This document shows, in pieces, positions 8,983-16,226 of a DNA stretch of 64,000 bases. The position numbers were made by a program, and so were the translations under genes. The notes beneath the pieces were generated by a model, which saw only the letters and a list, made by a program, of their open reading frames with translations, searched no databases and was not told the origin of the DNA. The DNA is taken from contig CAZIBY010000001.1 of the NCBI GenBank assembly GCA_964537475.1, positions 476,938 through 540,937 on the forward strand. Direction: 5' to 3'. Positions within the stretch are counted from its first letter, which is position 1. Every line of letters begins with the position of its first letter. The stretch comes from an uncultured Chitinophagaceae bacterium (GTDB lineage: Bacteria > Bacteroidota > Bacteroidia > Chitinophagales > LD1).

Positions 8983-10311
8983 CTACTCCATCTCGTACTC
9001 CTTCAGCTTACGATACAGCGTAGCGAGGGCTATATTGAGCAGGCGGGCAGCTTCGGTCTTATTGCCGTGGGTATGCTCCAGCACCATCTGTATGTGGCGG
9101 CGTTCCATCTCTGCGAGGTCATAGGTGAGTGGCTGTGCAGTATCATGCTTGAAATCAAATGGCAGCACGGCAGGCGTCAGCTCACCCTGAGAGAGGATCA
9201 CAGCACGCTCTATCACATTCTTCAGCTCGCGTATATTGCCGCGCCAGCGGTGGCCCTGCAGCGCTTTGAGAAAGGCTGCCTGCATCACCGGCGGCACCTT
9301 ATTCACCTTATCAGCAAAGACGCGGATGAAGTGTTTCGCCAGTACCTCTATATCACCTCGTCTCTCATCGAGAGAGGGTATATTGATCTGAAACACCGAG
9401 AGCCGGTAGTAAAGGTCCGCACGAAAATGGCCCTGCTCACTCTCGGCTTTCAGGTCGCGATTGGTCGCTGCTATCACGCGCACATTCGCGCTGATCGTCC
9501 TGGTATCACCCACGCGGATGTACTCACCGGTCTCCAGCACGCGTAGCAGCTTGGCCTGCAGGTCGAGGCTCATCTCTCCTATCTCATCCAGGAAGATCGT
9601 ACCGCCATTGGCCTCCTCGAGCAGTCCCTTTTTATCCCGCATAGCACCGGTAAAGGCGCCGGCTTTATGCCCGAATAATTCGCTCTCCAGTATCTCACGG
9701 CCCAGCGCACTACAGTTCACCGCCAGAAAGGTATTGCGCCTGCGCTCACTCGCCTCATGTATACTCTGCGCAAAAACCTCCTTGCCCGTACCCGTCTCGC
9801 CCAGCAGCAGCACAGTGGCATCTGTAGGCGCTACACGCTGTGCCAGATCTTTGGCAGTGAGTATGGCAGGTGAGCTGCCGAGGATATTGTCAAAGTTATA
9901 CTTATCAGACACACGCCGCTCCAACTGTGAGACACGTTTCTGCAGGCGTGCCTTCTCTAGTGCCTTGCTCAGCACGGGCAGTATCTTCTCATTGTCATCG
10001 CCCTTCACCAGATAGTCGAATGCACCATTTTTGATAGCGCGCACCCCATCTGCTATCGTGCCAAACGCCGTGAGCACGATCACCTCTATGCAGGGATATT
10101 TCTCACGGATAGTGCGGCTCAGGTCCACGCCATTGCTGTCGGGCAGTTTCACATCACTGATCACCACCTGTATGTCCTCGCGCTCCAGCAGCCGCAGACC
10201 GGCAGCGGCAGTAGATGCCTCATGCACCTGGTAGCCCTCCAGGCTGATGATGCGCGAGAGCAGGCTGCGCAGTTTCTCCTCATCATCTATGATCAGTATG
10301 GACTGTTTCAT
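8983..10311 (-). CDS. Sigma-54-dependent response regulator (receiver-AAA+-HTH, NtrC family)
   Basis: Receiver MKQSILIIDDEE...DVKLPD; AAA+ motifs GETGTGKEVFAQSIH, ESELFGH, GAFTGA; C-terminal Fis-type HTH NKTEAARLLNIALATLYRKL. I chose the internal ATG at 10311. The 39-codon upstream extension in the track overlaps a repeat. Confidence 0.93.
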   Translation of the reverse strand: MKQSILIIDDEEKLRSLLSRIISLEGYQVHEASTAAAGLRLLEREDIQVVISDVKLPDSNGVDLSRTIREKYPCIEVIVLTAFGTIADGVRAIKNGAFDYLVKGDDNEKILPVLSKALEKARLQKRVSQLERRVSDKYNFDNILGSSPAILTAKDLAQRVAPTDATVLLLGETGTGKEVFAQSIHEASERRRNTFLAVNCSALGREILESELFGHKAGAFTGAMRDKKGLLEEANGGTIFLDEIGEMSLDLQAKLLRVLETGEYIRVGDTRTISANVRVIAATNRDLKAESEQGHFRADLYYRLSVFQINIPSLDERRGDIEVLAKHFIRVFADKVNKVPPVMQAAFLKALQGHRWRGNIRELKNVIERAVILSQGELTPAVLPFDFKHDTAQPLTYDLAEMERRHIQMVLEHTHGNKTEAARLLNIALATLYRKLKEYEME

Positions 10312-10362
10312 GCTGCGAAAGTAGAAAAGTAATCTGCTGAAATACAAAATGCGTCTGTCCGA

Positions 10363-10423
10363 CCTTCTGGAGTTGTCCCCCGGGAAGGGCCGGGGAAGAG
10401 GTTCAAGCGAGCACGCTTGAATC
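10363..10423. repeat. Composite hairpin repeat R0 (degenerate ccttctggagttgtcccccgggaagg plus ggttcaagcg-agca-cgcttgaatc)
   Basis: The first hairpin resembles the cttccggagttgtactccggaag element of 12962-12984. The second belongs to the ggttcaagcg/cgcttgaacc family also seen at 13596-13619 and 49600-49623. Confidence 0.6.
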
Positions 10424-10452
10424 TGCATGGAAAAAAAATAACCTGAATGGTT

Positions 10453-12087
10453 TTATTCTTTAACAACTACACGCGTGATGCATTGGTCCGCTGTTAGGAC
10501 TTCGAGGAAATAGCTACCCGCGGGCAAAGTATGAATATCGATCATTTTGGTATATGAGGATGCGAGGCCGTCATCCTGACTTCTATACAATATTCGTCCG
10601 CTCAGGTCGGAGAGGGTAAAGTTGGCACTATGCAATACGCTGCTCTCTAAATGAACGGAGATATCACTGGTGGCCGGGTTGGGATAAATAGAAAATTGCA
10701 AATCTCCTGCGACCTCCTGCACAGCGGTCATAACGGTGTCGCAATATTCCACCATCCAGTAGTCAACGTCTCCTCTGCATGCTTGCGATTTGTCGCCTCC
10801 AATGTCAGCCGGAGTAGATACGCCAACTGCGAAGCAATGCAAAGAAACCTCCGTAGCACCCGCAGCTATATCATTAGGAAAACTCGTGAGCGCTGTCTTA
10901 TCCCAAACACGATGCATCTGCGAATCGATCTTGAGAGACCAGACCTGGATATTGCCCAAGTTATCTTCTGTTTTATCATCGCCTTTATATGGGCCAGATA
11001 TGCCGCTGAGGATGCAGCCGCCGTCAGATGTGCCAGATATGCTACCCAATGTCTCTGCACAGTATCCCGTGCCGAATCCCCAATCCCCGAGTTTGTTGCC
11101 AGCCAGGTCTATTTTGACCACCCAATAGCCACATTGCGTTGCTGTCTTATTACCACTGACTCCCGAAATAGTGCTACCGCCGATCAGGACATTACCGTCA
11201 TGATCGCTGATCAGCCCTGCAAAGCGTACGAAATCAGTAGTGCCATATACTCTATCCCATTGTTTGTTTCCCACAGAATCTGTTTTTACCACCCATATGT
11301 TATAAGGATTTGTAAATTGTCCATGAAAATTCATCTGGGTCTTATCGAAACTTGTATCACCTAAAGCTAGTCCACCTAGTAGATAGCCGCCGTCAGAGGT
11401 TTGCAGGATGCTTGTGCAGGCTTCGTCACCTGCTGTGCCGAATCGCTTATCCCACTGCTTGCGACCATTGCTGTCTATTTTTACCATCCAGTAGTCGTCA
11501 GAGTTTTCGCTTGCGTCATGGTTATCCTGAGTTTTGTCTCCGCTTACTCCAGAACTTGAACGGCCACCTAAAACGTACCCTCCATCTTTAGTTTGCTTCA
11601 TACAGTAAAGGTCGTCGCCTCCGAGACCACCATAGCGCTTATCCCATTGCTTATTTCCATTTCTATCTACTTTCACTACCCAATAATCCCATCCGCCTCT
11701 TGACGACTCAGATTTGTCATAACCACTGTCCGAAGCACTAGAGCCTCCGATGAGAGAGCCACCATCTTTAGTTGCGCAAATTGCTGTAAGAAAATCATTA
11801 TTTGAACCGCCGAATCTTCGGTCCCAAACATACTGCCCTTGTCCATCTGACTTAACGATCCAATAATCTCCGGTATTGAATAGACAAGATTGTGTTTTAT
11901 CTCCACTGATTGGGGAGCCAGAATAGCCCGCTAAAATGAAGCCGCCGTCATTTGCCTTGACCAACGACGCCATTGGGTCATAACCTGTTCCACCGAAACG
12001 CGCATCCCATTGCCTGTGCATGGCGACCTGGGCGAAAGTCGACCCAAACGAAACCCACCAACATGCAAGGAGTAATGTTGCTTTCAT
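10453..12087 (-). CDS. T9SS C-terminal sorting-domain protein with repeated GDKTQ / DYW-VK-D-GN-QWDKR-GG units
   Basis: Signal peptide; about 7 repeats of ...SGDKTQ...DYWIVK.D..G...WD.RFGG...; C-terminal FSIYPNPATSDISVHL...LPAGSYFLEV is the type-A Por secretion tail. Confidence 0.85.
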   Translation of the reverse strand: MKATLLLACWWVSFGSTFAQVAMHRQWDARFGGTGYDPMASLVKANDGGFILAGYSGSPISGDKTQSCLFNTGDYWIVKSDGQGQYVWDRRFGGSNNDFLTAICATKDGGSLIGGSSASDSGYDKSESSRGGWDYWVVKVDRNGNKQWDKRYGGLGGDDLYCMKQTKDGGYVLGGRSSSGVSGDKTQDNHDASENSDDYWMVKIDSNGRKQWDKRFGTAGDEACTSILQTSDGGYLLGGLALGDTSFDKTQMNFHGQFTNPYNIWVVKTDSVGNKQWDRVYGTTDFVRFAGLISDHDGNVLIGGSTISGVSGNKTATQCGYWVVKIDLAGNKLGDWGFGTGYCAETLGSISGTSDGGCILSGISGPYKGDDKTEDNLGNIQVWSLKIDSQMHRVWDKTALTSFPNDIAAGATEVSLHCFAVGVSTPADIGGDKSQACRGDVDYWMVEYCDTVMTAVQEVAGDLQFSIYPNPATSDISVHLESSVLHSANFTLSDLSGRILYRSQDDGLASSYTKMIDIHTLPAGSYFLEVLTADQCITRVVVKE

Positions 12088-12111
12088 TTCTTGAAGTTAA
12101 TCATAATTTAA

Positions 12112-12155
12112 CCCGCCCTTCCGGAGTTGTATCCCGCTCTTCCGGAGTTGTACTC
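12112..12155. repeat. Hairpin-repeat element R1 (two half-copies cccgcccttccggagttgtat + cccgctcttccggagttgtactc, right arm missing)
   Basis: The 23-mer 12133-12155 is repeated exactly at 12956-12978. Homologous to 48059-48103. Confidence 0.8.
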
Positions 12156-12171
12156 GCTAAATATTATATTT

Positions 12172-12615
12172 TTATTTAAATACAAAAAAAATATTATTAA
12201 AAGCTAATAACTCGTTTTGTTCTGTACCATAGCTTAAAGTATTTTCATCCGCCTTACAAACAATTGATTTAAGAATATCGTTATCATATATATTGAAAAT
12301 ATATTCTACTTTTTCATCGTATATTAGGAATTGTGTAGAGTAATCTGTAGCATATTTCCGACATTGGGTAAAGGGTATTTGAAATTCTTCCGTCCCTACG
12401 AAACCTATTGTCTTAACAGAGTCATACAACGTATCTTTTGAAATAAATATCGACTTGAATAATTGATTGTTAGGGATAATAAAAATGTTTTGTACATTTC
12501 CAATAACATCAACATAGTTAATCTTTCCCAATAAATCAATAAATTCTTTTATAGTCTGGTTTTGTGAAGTTATTCTTCTATAGAAATATTCCATCCATAT
12601 AGTACCTTTATTCAT
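12172..12615 (-). CDS. Immunity-like small protein (hypothetical) downstream of the toxin-like ORF
   Basis: 147 aa, very AT-rich, ATG start, 10 nt downstream of the 12626 ORF stop. No recognisable domain. The call rests on context only. Confidence 0.4.
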   Translation of the reverse strand: MNKGTIWMEYFYRRITSQNQTIKEFIDLLGKINYVDVIGNVQNIFIIPNNQLFKSIFISKDTLYDSVKTIGFVGTEEFQIPFTQCRKYATDYSTQFLIYDEKVEYIFNIYDNDILKSIVCKADENTLSYGTEQNELLAFNNIFFVFK

Positions 12616-12625
12616 ACTTCTAAGA

Positions 12626-13000
12626 TTAATTAGTTGGTGCAGCTGATTTCTTTAATTCGGGATTAAAATATTGAGTTCCACCACCCTTGTACGTTTGACC
12701 GGTTGTGGCATCTTTGAAATCAGCAGCAGTACTTTTTAAAACCTTCACATCTTCTGTTAAGGTAAAAGTTTGCATGGTCCGACCCTGAGTGTTAATTCCA
12801 AGGGTTGCAGGATCAGAGCCCTCCGGCGAAAAATATTTCCCTACATTGCCATCCTCTCCAACAAATTGTACAACTTTTGTCCCTTTTTTCAATATGGTGG
12901 TTTCTACTGCTTTACTGAAATCAATACCTTTCAATTTGCTAGCTATATTTTTTTCCCCGCTCTTCCGGAGTTGTACTCCGGAAGTAGCTGCTATAGGCAC
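12626..13000 (-). CDS. Orphan toxin-domain ORF, possibly TNT-like NAD+ glycohydrolase fold; lacks an ATG start
   Basis: GKYFSPEGSDPATLGI and the C-terminal YKGGGTQYFNPE resemble my memory of the TNT family motifs (G.YFSP.G ... GGG.QY). The frame is open from 13054 through repeat R2 with only a GTG at 13000, so it may be a silent module. Confidence 0.4.
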   Translation of the reverse strand: MPIAATSGVQLRKSGEKNIASKLKGIDFSKAVETTILKKGTKVVQFVGEDGNVGKYFSPEGSDPATLGINTQGRTMQTFTLTEDVKVLKSTAADFKDATTGQTYKGGGTQYFNPELKKSAAPTN

Positions 13001-13054
13001 TTGTAGTGCCGCACGTAGCGCCTGTCTTCCCGCTCCTTCCGTATTTGTAGCACG
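12956..13054. repeat. Hairpin-repeat element R2 (cccgctcttccggagTTGTActccggaag, ggcacTTGTAgtgcc, then a degenerate half-copy)
   Basis: Perfect 9-bp stem hairpin at 12962-12984 and a 5-bp stem hairpin at 12996-13010 share the TTGTA loop. Homologous to 48081-48135. Confidence 0.8.
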
Positions 13055-13171
13055 TCACTAAAACACACTCGCCCGGTTGGCCTAGCATTTTCGAACCCTC
13101 AAGTCTGAGACTTGAATCTATCCTGATGTTCAGGTTGTGCTGCGCAAAGCTTAGAACAGCAGGGCTACTAA

Positions 13172-13567
13172 CTACTCGTCTTTTTCACTAATCTTGAAGA
13201 AAATATGGATTATAGTACATAAATAAAAGGAAACAGTTAATACAAAAGACAAAGAAGATATTTTACCATAATTTAAATTGAAAATTTTAAATATACTATT
13301 AAACAGTAGCTGATGCGTAATCCCCTGATGATCCTTTAGATATCCTAAGCATGTGTCACATAGACAACAGAATGAAACAATCAAAGCTATCAATGAAAAG
13401 CTCAACCTTTTGACATTGATACTAATTAATAAAATTACAAGTGCAAATAATCTGAGTGGCAGAATTCGCCCGAAATTAGTTTGATCTAAAATGTAATCTT
13501 TTGAAATTACTACGATAATAGTTAGTAGCAAAAAATTTAGAAGTCTGCCCAAAGTTCTGCTCTTCAT
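13172..13567 (-). CDS. Small polytopic membrane protein (hypothetical), AT-rich
   Basis: From the internal ATG, MKSRTLGRLLNFLLLTIIVVIS..., with about 4 hydrophobic helices. The upstream part of the track ORF (to 13813) overlaps a terminator and the tRNA, so it was trimmed. Confidence 0.5.
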   Translation of the reverse strand: MKSRTLGRLLNFLLLTIIVVISKDYILDQTNFGRILPLRLFALVILLISINVKRLSFSLIALIVSFCCLCDTCLGYLKDHQGITHQLLFNSIFKIFNLNYGKISSLSFVLTVSFYLCTIIHIFFKISEKDE

Positions 13568-13595
13568 ATCGCTTGCCAATGTAATTCCCCTTGCA

Positions 13596-13619
13596 GGTTC
13601 AAGCGTCCTCGCTTGAACC
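13596..13619. repeat. Hairpin ggttcaagcg-tcct-cgcttgaacc
   Basis: Perfect 10-bp stem. Same stem sequence as 10400-10423 and 49600-49623, but with a different 4-nt loop. Confidence 0.7.
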
Positions 13620-13692
13620 CCCAGTAAACAATCCGCAGTCACCAAGATAAGCATTTGCCATGCCATCAGAAGCCCGTACCTATCGCCACTGG

Positions 13693-13735
13693 CTAAAACA
13701 AATAAGCCCTTGACAGCATGTACTGTCAAGGGCTT
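13693..13735 (-). terminator. Rho-independent terminator downstream of tRNA-Cys
   Basis: 13-bp stem aagcccttgacag / ctgtcaagggctt with loop catgta, followed on the minus strand by atttgtttt. Confidence 0.7.
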
Positions 13736-13748
13736 ATCGTGATACCTG

Positions 13749-13819
13749 AGGTCGGAAGCGGATTCGAACCGCTGTAGCAGCTTTTGCAGAGCTGAGCCTA
13801 GCCACTCGGCCATCCGACC
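13749..13819 (-). tRNA. tRNA-Cys (anticodon GCA)
   Basis: Minus strand: GGTCGGA TG GCC GAGTGGCTA GGC T CAGCT CTGCAAA AGCTG CTAC AGCGG TTCGAAT CCGCT TCCGACC T. It has a 7-bp acceptor stem, a 5-bp anticodon stem, a canonical T-loop, a 4-nt variable loop and the U73 discriminator. CCA is not encoded. Confidence 0.9.
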
Positions 13820-14011
13820 TTTTTCCCCTTTCGGGGGAATGCAAATGTAGAATAAAAACCTGAATTCAAAAGGGCTATCGGATAAGATTATTGATGCATA
13901 TGATCCGCTCAGATATATGCGCCTGCTGTGGATAGGGTCTTGAAAAAATCCGCCTCCTTAACACTTCTCTTTAGTACCTTAGCGCCGCACTTTTTCAATC
14001 ACAAATCTACT

Positions 14012-15211
14012 ATGACCCAGCACCTCTCAGACCGCATCACCCACATGCAGGAATCTGCCACCCTCAAAATGGCCAAGATCTCCCGCGAGCTCAAGGCGCA
14101 AGGCCTCGATATCATAGACCTCAGCATCGGCGAGCCGGATTTTGATACCCCGCAGCATATCAAGGATGCAGCCAAGCGCGCCATAGACCAGGGCTACACC
14201 CACTATACACCCGTACCGGGCTACCCTGAGCTGCGCAAGGCCATAGCTGCCAAGCTGAAGCGCGACAATAAGCTGGACTATACCCCCGAGCAGATAGTCG
14301 TATCCACGGGTGCCAAACAGTCCATAGCCAATGTGGTCCTGAGCCTGATCAACCCCGGTGATGAGGTGCTCCTCCCCGCTCCCTACTGGGTCAGCTACTC
14401 TGCCATAGCAGACCTGGCCGAGGGCAAGTCCATAGAGATCCCTGCCACGCTGGAGACCAACTTTAAGGTGACTCCTGCGCAGCTGGAGAAACATATCACT
14501 GATCGCACCCGCCTCATCATCTTCTCCTCGCCGTGCAACCCTACCGGCTCCGTGTATAGCCACGACGAGCTGCAGGCACTGGCACAGATGCTCACAAAGT
14601 ACCCTAATGTCTACGTGATCTGTGATGAGATCTACGAGTACATCAACTATACCGGCCAGCCACATACCAGCCTCGCCTCTTTCCCTGAGATCAAAGACCG
14701 CGTCATCACCGTCAATGGCTTCAGCAAGGGATTTGCTATGACAGGCTGGCGCCTCGGCTATATAGCCGCTCCTGTTTGGATAGCACAGGCATGTGACAAG
14801 ATGCAAGGCCAGATCACCTCTGGCACCTGCTCCATCGCCCAGATGGCCGGCGTAGCTGCTGCCACAGAGAGCCTGCAGCCTACCTATGATATGGTCGCAG
14901 AGTTTCGCAAGCGCCGCGACCTCGTGTACGGCCTGCTGAAAGAAATACCCGGCATCAAGGCAAACCTGCCTGATGGTGCTTTCTACTTCTTCTTTGACAT
15001 CAGCTCTTTCTTCGGTAAGAAAGCCGGTGACATAGTGATCAATAGCGCCGAGGATATGAGCGGCTACCTGCTGCGCGAGGGCCAGATCGGCCTCGTGAAT
15101 GGTGAAGCCTTTGGTGATCCTAACTGTATCCGTCTCTCCTACGCCGCCTCTGAGGAGAAGCTCCTGAAAGTTTGCAGCCGTCTGAAAGAGGCATTGGCCA
15201 AACTGGCTTAA
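14012..15211 (+). CDS. Pyridoxal-phosphate-dependent (aspartate-type, class I) aminotransferase
   Basis: LSIGEPDFDTP, SSPCNPTG and the PLP-lysine motif NGFSKGFAMTGWRLGY. I used the ATG at 14012 (MTQHLSDRI...) rather than the GTG at 13928. Confidence 0.92.
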   Translation: MTQHLSDRITHMQESATLKMAKISRELKAQGLDIIDLSIGEPDFDTPQHIKDAAKRAIDQGYTHYTPVPGYPELRKAIAAKLKRDNKLDYTPEQIVVSTGAKQSIANVVLSLINPGDEVLLPAPYWVSYSAIADLAEGKSIEIPATLETNFKVTPAQLEKHITDRTRLIIFSSPCNPTGSVYSHDELQALAQMLTKYPNVYVICDEIYEYINYTGQPHTSLASFPEIKDRVITVNGFSKGFAMTGWRLGYIAAPVWIAQACDKMQGQITSGTCSIAQMAGVAAATESLQPTYDMVAEFRKRRDLVYGLLKEIPGIKANLPDGAFYFFFDISSFFGKKAGDIVINSAEDMSGYLLREGQIGLVNGEAFGDPNCIRLSYAASEEKLLKVCSRLKEALAKLA

Positions 15212-15260
15212 ATACCGTTATTTGCACCGGCGGCTATCACCGTCTGCCTAAAATATAGCA

Positions 15261-16220
15261 ATGTCAGAAAAACTCGACTTCAATAATGTAAGGGTACTCG
15301 TGATCGGAGACATTATACTCGATCATTACATGTTTGGTCAGATACACCGCATCTCTCCCGAGGCACCGGTGCCGATAGTAGATATAGAGTATGAGGAGAA
15401 CCGCCTCGGCGGCGCTGCCAATGTGGCCCTCAACCTCAGCGAGCTGGGTGCAAAGCCCACCCTAATGTCTGTGATAGGAGATGACAAGAGCGGCCGCACA
15501 GTTTTTGAGCTGCTGAAGAAGAATCAGATCCACCACGACTACATCATCACCTCACAGAGCCGCACCACCTCACACAAGACACGCATCTATGATGACGAGC
15601 GCCAGGTAGTGCGGTTTGATAAAGAAGATGACTCTGACCTCAGCGCAGAACTGGAGGCACAGCTCATCAATGACTTTGACGAGGTGATCCGCGAGCATAA
15701 GTTCCACGCCATCATCCTGCAGGATTACAATAAGGGCGTACTGACCAAGAAGTTTATCAAGCACGTGCTGCTACAGACCACCAAGCGCAATATACCGGTA
15801 GCTGTAGACCCTAAGGAGTACAACTTCTTTGAGTACCAGCAGATAGACCTATTCAAGCCAAACATCAAGGAACTGGGCGAGGCGCTGCAGATGAAGATAG
15901 ACCCCAAGAGTATCACCAGCCTGCGCAAAGCCGCTGAAGAACTGAAAAAGAAAAACCGCTTTGACAATCTCCTCCTCACACTCGGCGCCAACGGCGTATT
16001 TGTCTATACCAAGGATGGAGATTCATTTGTGGTCTCCGCCCGCCCTATCAAGACCGCAGATGTATCAGGCGCGGGAGATACTGTGATCAGTATCGCTACA
16101 TTGTGTTTTGTAAAGGACTTCCCTTTCAAAAAGATCGCGCAGCTCTCAAACGCTGCCGCCGGCAAGGTATGCCGCAAGGTAGGCATCGCACCGATCTCCC
16201 TGAAAGAACTGAAGAGCTAA
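15261..16220 (+). CDS. PfkB-family sugar kinase, RfaE/HldE domain-I-like (D-glycero-beta-D-manno-heptose-7-phosphate kinase)
   Basis: VLVIGDIILDHYMFGQIHRISPEAPVPIV, GGAANVALN and the C-terminal DVSGAGDTVIS ATP-site motif. Confidence 0.8.
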   Translation: MSEKLDFNNVRVLVIGDIILDHYMFGQIHRISPEAPVPIVDIEYEENRLGGAANVALNLSELGAKPTLMSVIGDDKSGRTVFELLKKNQIHHDYIITSQSRTTSHKTRIYDDERQVVRFDKEDDSDLSAELEAQLINDFDEVIREHKFHAIILQDYNKGVLTKKFIKHVLLQTTKRNIPVAVDPKEYNFFEYQQIDLFKPNIKELGEALQMKIDPKSITSLRKAAEELKKKNRFDNLLLTLGANGVFVYTKDGDSFVVSARPIKTADVSGAGDTVISIATLCFVKDFPFKKIAQLSNAAAGKVCRKVGIAPISLKELKS

Positions 16221-16226
16221 GGCTAT

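Noticed and set aside
10312-10428. 39-codon N-terminal extension of the sigma-54 regulator ORF (MQIQACSLEPLPRP...)
   Set aside because: The receiver domain begins at the internal MKQSILIIDDEE, and the extension is encoded by the R0 hairpin repeat.
13090-13097. ttcgaacc match to the tRNA-Cys T-arm, considered as a possible att-site duplicate marking the island end
   Set aside because: Only 8 nt match and the flanks do not extend the tRNA homology, which is too short to distinguish from chance.
13568-13813. N-terminal 82 codons of the 213-aa track ORF
   Set aside because: They overlap tRNA-Cys, its terminator and a hairpin repeat. The hydrophobic protein is better explained from the ATG at 13567.
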